DNA from: Phoronis australis
Lineage: Eukaryota; Animalia; Phoronida
Reading direction: 5' to 3'
DNA: 64,000 nt
Assembly: GCA_002633005.1 (NCBI GenBank)
Contig: NMRA01000482.1
Location: 15,462-79,461 of the forward strand
The position numbers and the translations under genes were made by a program. Positions 58,858 to 64,000 of the stretch are shown one piece after another. Under the pieces are notes generated by a model, which had not been told where the DNA came from, searched no databases, and worked only from the letters and a program-made list of their open reading frames with translations. Position 1 is the first letter of the stretch, and every line of letters begins with the position of its first letter.

Positions 58858-61800
58858 AAAAAAAATTAGACCCCATGCCCTATTTTTGCAGTGTGGGGCT
58901 TTAGTATTTCTTAGCGTGGAGGCTTTTTATGAATATGGGTACCGGTAACTTGTAATGTGTTGCAGAATGGGGTACTGTGTAAATATGGTGTTATCAGGGG
59001 CCATTATGTTATTAGGTTTGGTATGCATTGATAAGAACTAATAAGAGTTTTTAGTTTGTTTCCTATTTGTTAATCTTCGATGCCAGTTGCTGTTATTGTT
59101 TGCTTTACATTCACTCATACATGTAGGCTGCAAAAGGTCTTGTGACTGGCCGTTAGTGGCTCAATATTTGGGCAATAGTCACTTAGAGCGGTCCATGATA
59201 TTGGAGAACTACTTTGATGCCAATGATTCAGTGGAGACTGGTTATCAAAGTCCGGGAACCGTTTGAATGACTATTAGCGATGAATGAGTTATGAAATAGA
59301 TGAGAGCTCTGTACATATTTACCTCATGTCTAGAAAGTAATTGATCTGACCTACATGTTGTAGGTGGACTGGATTTTAGAATAGTTTTACTGTTACAAAA
59401 ATGTTACTGTTGAGCCCAGATTAAACAGATTGTTGTCAGATGTCTTTTGTGTTAGTGGTGATCGATTCCACTTCTCTCAACCCAAAGAACTTAGAATTCG
59501 CTTTCAGGATTACCTTACAAGGATACCAACCCGGTTTTGGCCTATTAACAGATACTGCCAATGACTTCCCAATCGAGTTCTTTGAAACAAGATAATTTTC
59601 TGTAAACCTTGACAATCCTCCTAAGTTAGGAGGAAAATTTGAAAACTACTTTTAAAGTCAGCAAAAGTGATCTACACGTTTAGGGAATTACACGGCAACT
59701 GTGGGAAATGAACTCCCACCAACGACTAGACTTGGCCGTTGTAATTAAATGGTAATATACATGTATGAAACAGAAACCTCAAGGGCATTCATTAGAACAC
59801 AGTGATGCTCATGTAAAAGTTGTAAACAGGAATGGTAATGTATGATCAAATATTGTAAAATGTTAATGGCCTGTCTGTGACAGTAGGGAGTATGAATTTT
59901 TAGTTGATTCATCCATTCAACTTGGAAGATTGACTCCTGTGATGCATTAGCATACGGCAGAACGAGGTTGGTAGAAACCATCAAAATGGGGTTTAGTGTT
60001 CCTTTAAATCACTCTAACTCCTCCAAACACTTGCTTGGCAGCTTTGCTTTGTGGCAGTTGTAAGTGCTCTGCAGATTGTCTGACTTAGGGTGTTCTTCCC
60101 TGGTATATGTCCACCAAACCTGGCCTCCCCTGGTTGGTCTGCTCTTGCCCGACTTTCCCTATATTTGCCTCAAAATTTATACTTTTTGTTCAATGTTTAC
60201 CAGGCTTTCAATTCATCCTGGGCTGCTCTTTATCTTGTGTTTGCCTGAATATGTGACAGATAGCCTGATATCACAGGCTCGTAGGAAAGTAAGGGGGGGG
60301 GGGGNCTCCCCCCCCCCCCCTGTTCTCACCATATTTGTACCGACCCCCCCCCCCACGTCCACCATAGGTGGGTTTGGGGGTAATACCTGAGATGCAGCCA
60401 TCAGCATTTGAGTCACCGTGAACCAACAAAGTTTCACGGAGAGTAAGAATGGGTCTAGGGCTAGCGCACTGACGGGTAGCTAGGTTCCGAAAGTGGATTC
60501 GATGAACTAGAGCTATTCGCTGGTCAGTTTAGCTATAATGATTCACTTGAGACAGTACCTATTCCTCTGCGCTGGCTCTAAGGTCAAGATTCGTTTTTAA
60601 TGATCAAGTTTTGAGAAAACTTCATTTTTGAGTTATTATGGCCATGCTTTGAAGGATTTTTTGGCAAGGTGAGGTCCCAGGTACGAGTGCCTTTATGGCC
60701 ATTTCAAAATGCCTTGATGAAACACAGCCGTTAGTCCGCTTTCTTGTGGCAGGGGGAAATGATACAGAGTGTGTCCCAAAAATCTACACATTTCATCTCG
60801 TGGGTGCGTCAGTCATGACGTGCTCCGTGTATGTAGTGTGCACAAGAGTGGAAAGCAAATGATTCAGTTTTGAAGAAAATTCATTGCGCAATGCAATTGG
60901 AAACTAACAACATCAAGGAAGTGCAAACAGAACCTTTCCCAGTTGATAAGCAATGAGTTTAATTTAATTTATTTAAGTGCTTAAACTTCTTCGATCTACG
61001 GTTGGTGAAATTAAAGCTCAATTCCTAAGTCAATAAACAGTTCATTGTGATTTCAATTGTGAGAAAATTTTAGGACACTTTGTAGAGCTGTCCGACATTC
61101 ATCAATATCTTTGAGACTTCTTTCTTTCTGGTCGAATGTTCTGATATTGCTGTGCTGCACGGTTGTTTTGGTTTTTTGATAAATTTGGAATCTCAACTTC
61201 CCCTCGTGAATACTTGGCAGTGTCATGTATAGAGGGATACCGAACCGCCCCACTGAGAGGGGGTACCGTCTGAAATGGAACACCTAATATGAAAGGCTAC
61301 ACATCACTAAGCTTGGACAATAGTAAAAGTTCGTTCCCTTGTCGGATAACTTGCAAGAAGTGATCTTCCTCATCATGAAAGCCGGTTGTACGATTTCACA
61401 ACAAACAGGAAAATAGAGATAATCGATTCCAACATTGGGCCCTCCTTCGTGAGCTGCCTCTTAAGAATTTGCCAATTAAAACACGAAAAGGGTGACCACT
61501 TGAATGTCATCAGTGGTCCTCTTCAAGAGCTGGGCCCCTAAATTTGAAACGATCTATATTTTCAAACCTCAGGAAATGCGCAACAATTGATGTTATCTGC
61601 AGGGCCATCAATTTTTTCAAGTGATACACAATTTAGAGAAAGTAATATAAAACGCAAAAAATAGAGCAACAGTTGTCTTCGTTATCCTTTGCTAGAGAAG
61701 GGGCTCTGGAAAATATAGTTTTGCATTTATGCATTTGCAAAACTGTCTTATTGAATTTAAAAATCCAATGAGTTAATATGCTCCGCAAAAGCTTTGCTTT

Positions 61801-64000
61801 ACGAATTTTCTCTATTTTTCGAAATACATGTATAAATGATGAAGTGCACGTTTTCAAGTGCGTTTAGACGACCTACATGTATGCAGCAAAAACGGAGACC
61901 CTAACAACATTGTCCTGGCCAGGGCTATCAAAGGGTAAACCATGCACTGATATTGACTTGTCAAATGTTCTTTTGAAATTTTCTCTTATCCGTCTTTGTC
62001 TTAAACCTGCATTTCAAAGCAAAAAAAAATATAACTGGTTTTTAAAACTTGATGCAACATATGGAAATATTGGTTGGGGCGTCACACTTTATGGAATCTA
62101 ATTTCATTGTTTTACAACGTGTTTTGTTCCATTTCCAATTTGCAAAATCGGCGAGATTTTAAAGTCAAACATCAAGGAAACGCGTGCTAAGTTCAAAAGT
62201 GGTGACTGTGAAATCCATTGTCTGGTGGATAAAAACGGCAAACCGGTTACCAAAACGTCTCGGTTTTATAAGGCTTTTGACTGTGTGCAAATTTTACGAA
62301 AGTCGACGCAACAGCACGCCATGTGTTCCAAGCCCAGATCGTGACAGAACAGAAGCGGAAGTCAGAATGTGTTACTATAATTGCGCTAAAATGAGCCCAA
62401 CTTGAATGCAAGCAAGTCGATCGTTGATTGCGTCTTGCGCGCTTGTCTCTATTCGCTAATGTAGAATCATAAAATGGATCTTCCATTGTGTCAAAACCGA
62501 CGAAGCATTACTTTATTAAGAGTCCCTTTAACAATTGACAAGTTAAAGTTCAAAATAAAGTCAACGTTTTAGCGATCCTGACTTTAAAAGGTTTTTAAAC
62601 TATGTTCGCATTACTCCACACAATCCACTTACAAACTTTTTATGTATGCTGTTGGCCGTCGAAGTCTGCTGTGTTTTCAGGGAGCTGAAAGATAAGATTC
62701 GACAATTGTAGCAAGACTCGTAAAACTGCAAGTGTACTTGCGAGGGACTAGATTGCACCATACAGATGACATCTGACATTTCTGCATTAGCTTTTTCGAA
62801 GTGTTCACAACGTTAGCGACGGAATAAGGATAAGCCTTAGTCAAAACAAGGATAATAAAAGAGCCCATACATGTACAATACCAAAGATTTCCAAAAGAGT
62901 GCACTGTGTGATTTTGACGCTCTAGCTCCGAAGATTGCTCGAAAGAGCGACTTTTGGAAAACATACATGTACTCATCTGTTACATCTGAAGAATGGTGTG
63001 AAAGTTTGTACGCAGTATTCTACAAATTTATCGCGGTCTCGAGAGCAATGTCAAATTTATGGTGTATGCTATGTCAAGGCAAATGTAATCAGATATAGCG
63101 AAAGGATAATTCTATATTTTTTGTTATGGTACAGCCACTGATGCTTTGTTCCATTGAGTTCCTAACCTATTAGATTGGCTGCAGTCATCGCTGTTTACAC
63201 GATAGGGATTATGATTTCTCTATTCTGGTACCCGCAGAATATCTGCAAAAGTAGATTCTACTTCAACTGCCGGTACCGTCGAATAGTTACTGCAGTTTGT
63301 AATTATTTAGCATATCACGCTCATACATGTATATAGCGACATCAGAAGTCCGATCAGCTTGATCAACTGGTTATCTGGGAAACATCGCCCGATAACAGAT
63401 AGAATCAGTGGTTGTACATATTTGCATAAAGTTCTTAAAGTACACGACCTTCGATGATTCATGCTCGCATATTTTATTTCGTGTTACAATTGTAGTAAAA
63501 TTGACTGAGCTCAGCGAAGGTGTTTTAGCACTTGGAGAGTATGAGACGTAGCGTGTCACGGACTGTTAATGTGATCAGCGTGGGACAATAACTTCAACGT
63601 ATACAATAAAAGAACGAAAAAAACAAAGTGCCAGCTCGCGCAATCAACATATTTGCAGCCAACAAGTGGCATGATGGAGGGAAATCGTTCAAAACCACAC
63701 TTTGTTAGACATACAATTGCACAGAAAGCGGGTAGCCTGGCACTACACAGTTCAACTGTTTTGGAGACACTGGACAGTGCTCTTGTATAGGGGTCATTGT
63801 ATGTAAATTTCTTGATATAGAATTAGTCATTTTTCAGAATATGTTACACGTGCACCTTCTTCAAATCAATTTTCTACTCAACTTCGGTACCAAATGAAAG
63901 GTACTTGAGCTATACTTGATTATATATTACCATGGTAACACAGCATGAGCCCTTCCTGTATTTTGGGATAAGTTTCGGATAAACTCCTCCAGAGCCAGTG

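Noticed and set aside
59618-59634. Palindrome cctcctaagttaggagg
   Set aside because: Only 8-bp arms; expected by chance or as a fragment of a common repeat.
60900-63600. Short ORFs possibly from a decayed transposase/RT
   Set aside because: I could not identify any catalytic motif. The region looks repeat-derived but cannot be assigned from sequence alone.

Overview
AT-rich, intron-containing animal (most likely marine invertebrate) genomic DNA with two assembly gaps. I can reconstruct three intact protein-coding genes by eye. The first is a 6-coding-exon CREC-family ER Ca2+-binding protein (reticulocalbin-2-like, 318 aa, C-terminal KDEL; + strand 9018-14090). The second is an intronless single-EGF transmembrane EGFR-ligand precursor (209 aa; - strand 37328-37957). 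The third is a 6-coding-exon Golgi PAP phosphatase IMPAD1/BPNT2 (358 aa; + strand 46971-56233). The rest is rich in mobile DNA: a decayed Polinton/adintovirus capsid + adenain protease pair (868-2497), a complete 543-bp miniature LTR retroelement whose LTRs contain a tRNA-like Pol III cassette (4804-5346), a 5.7-kb Kolobok-like TTAA element, piggyBac, pogo/mariner-like (carrying a HIRAN-domain remnant), CACTA-like, Harbinger and hAT-like derivatives, a CR1-type LINE tail and minisatellites. The most interesting items are the tRNA-LTR TRIM, the EGF ligand with a predicted Hedgehog/Spitz-type N-terminal palmitoylation Cys, the HIRAN-carrying DNA transposon, the endogenous adintovirus relic, and a minisatellite that multiplies a splice donor six times. 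All family assignments come from motif recognition, not database searches.
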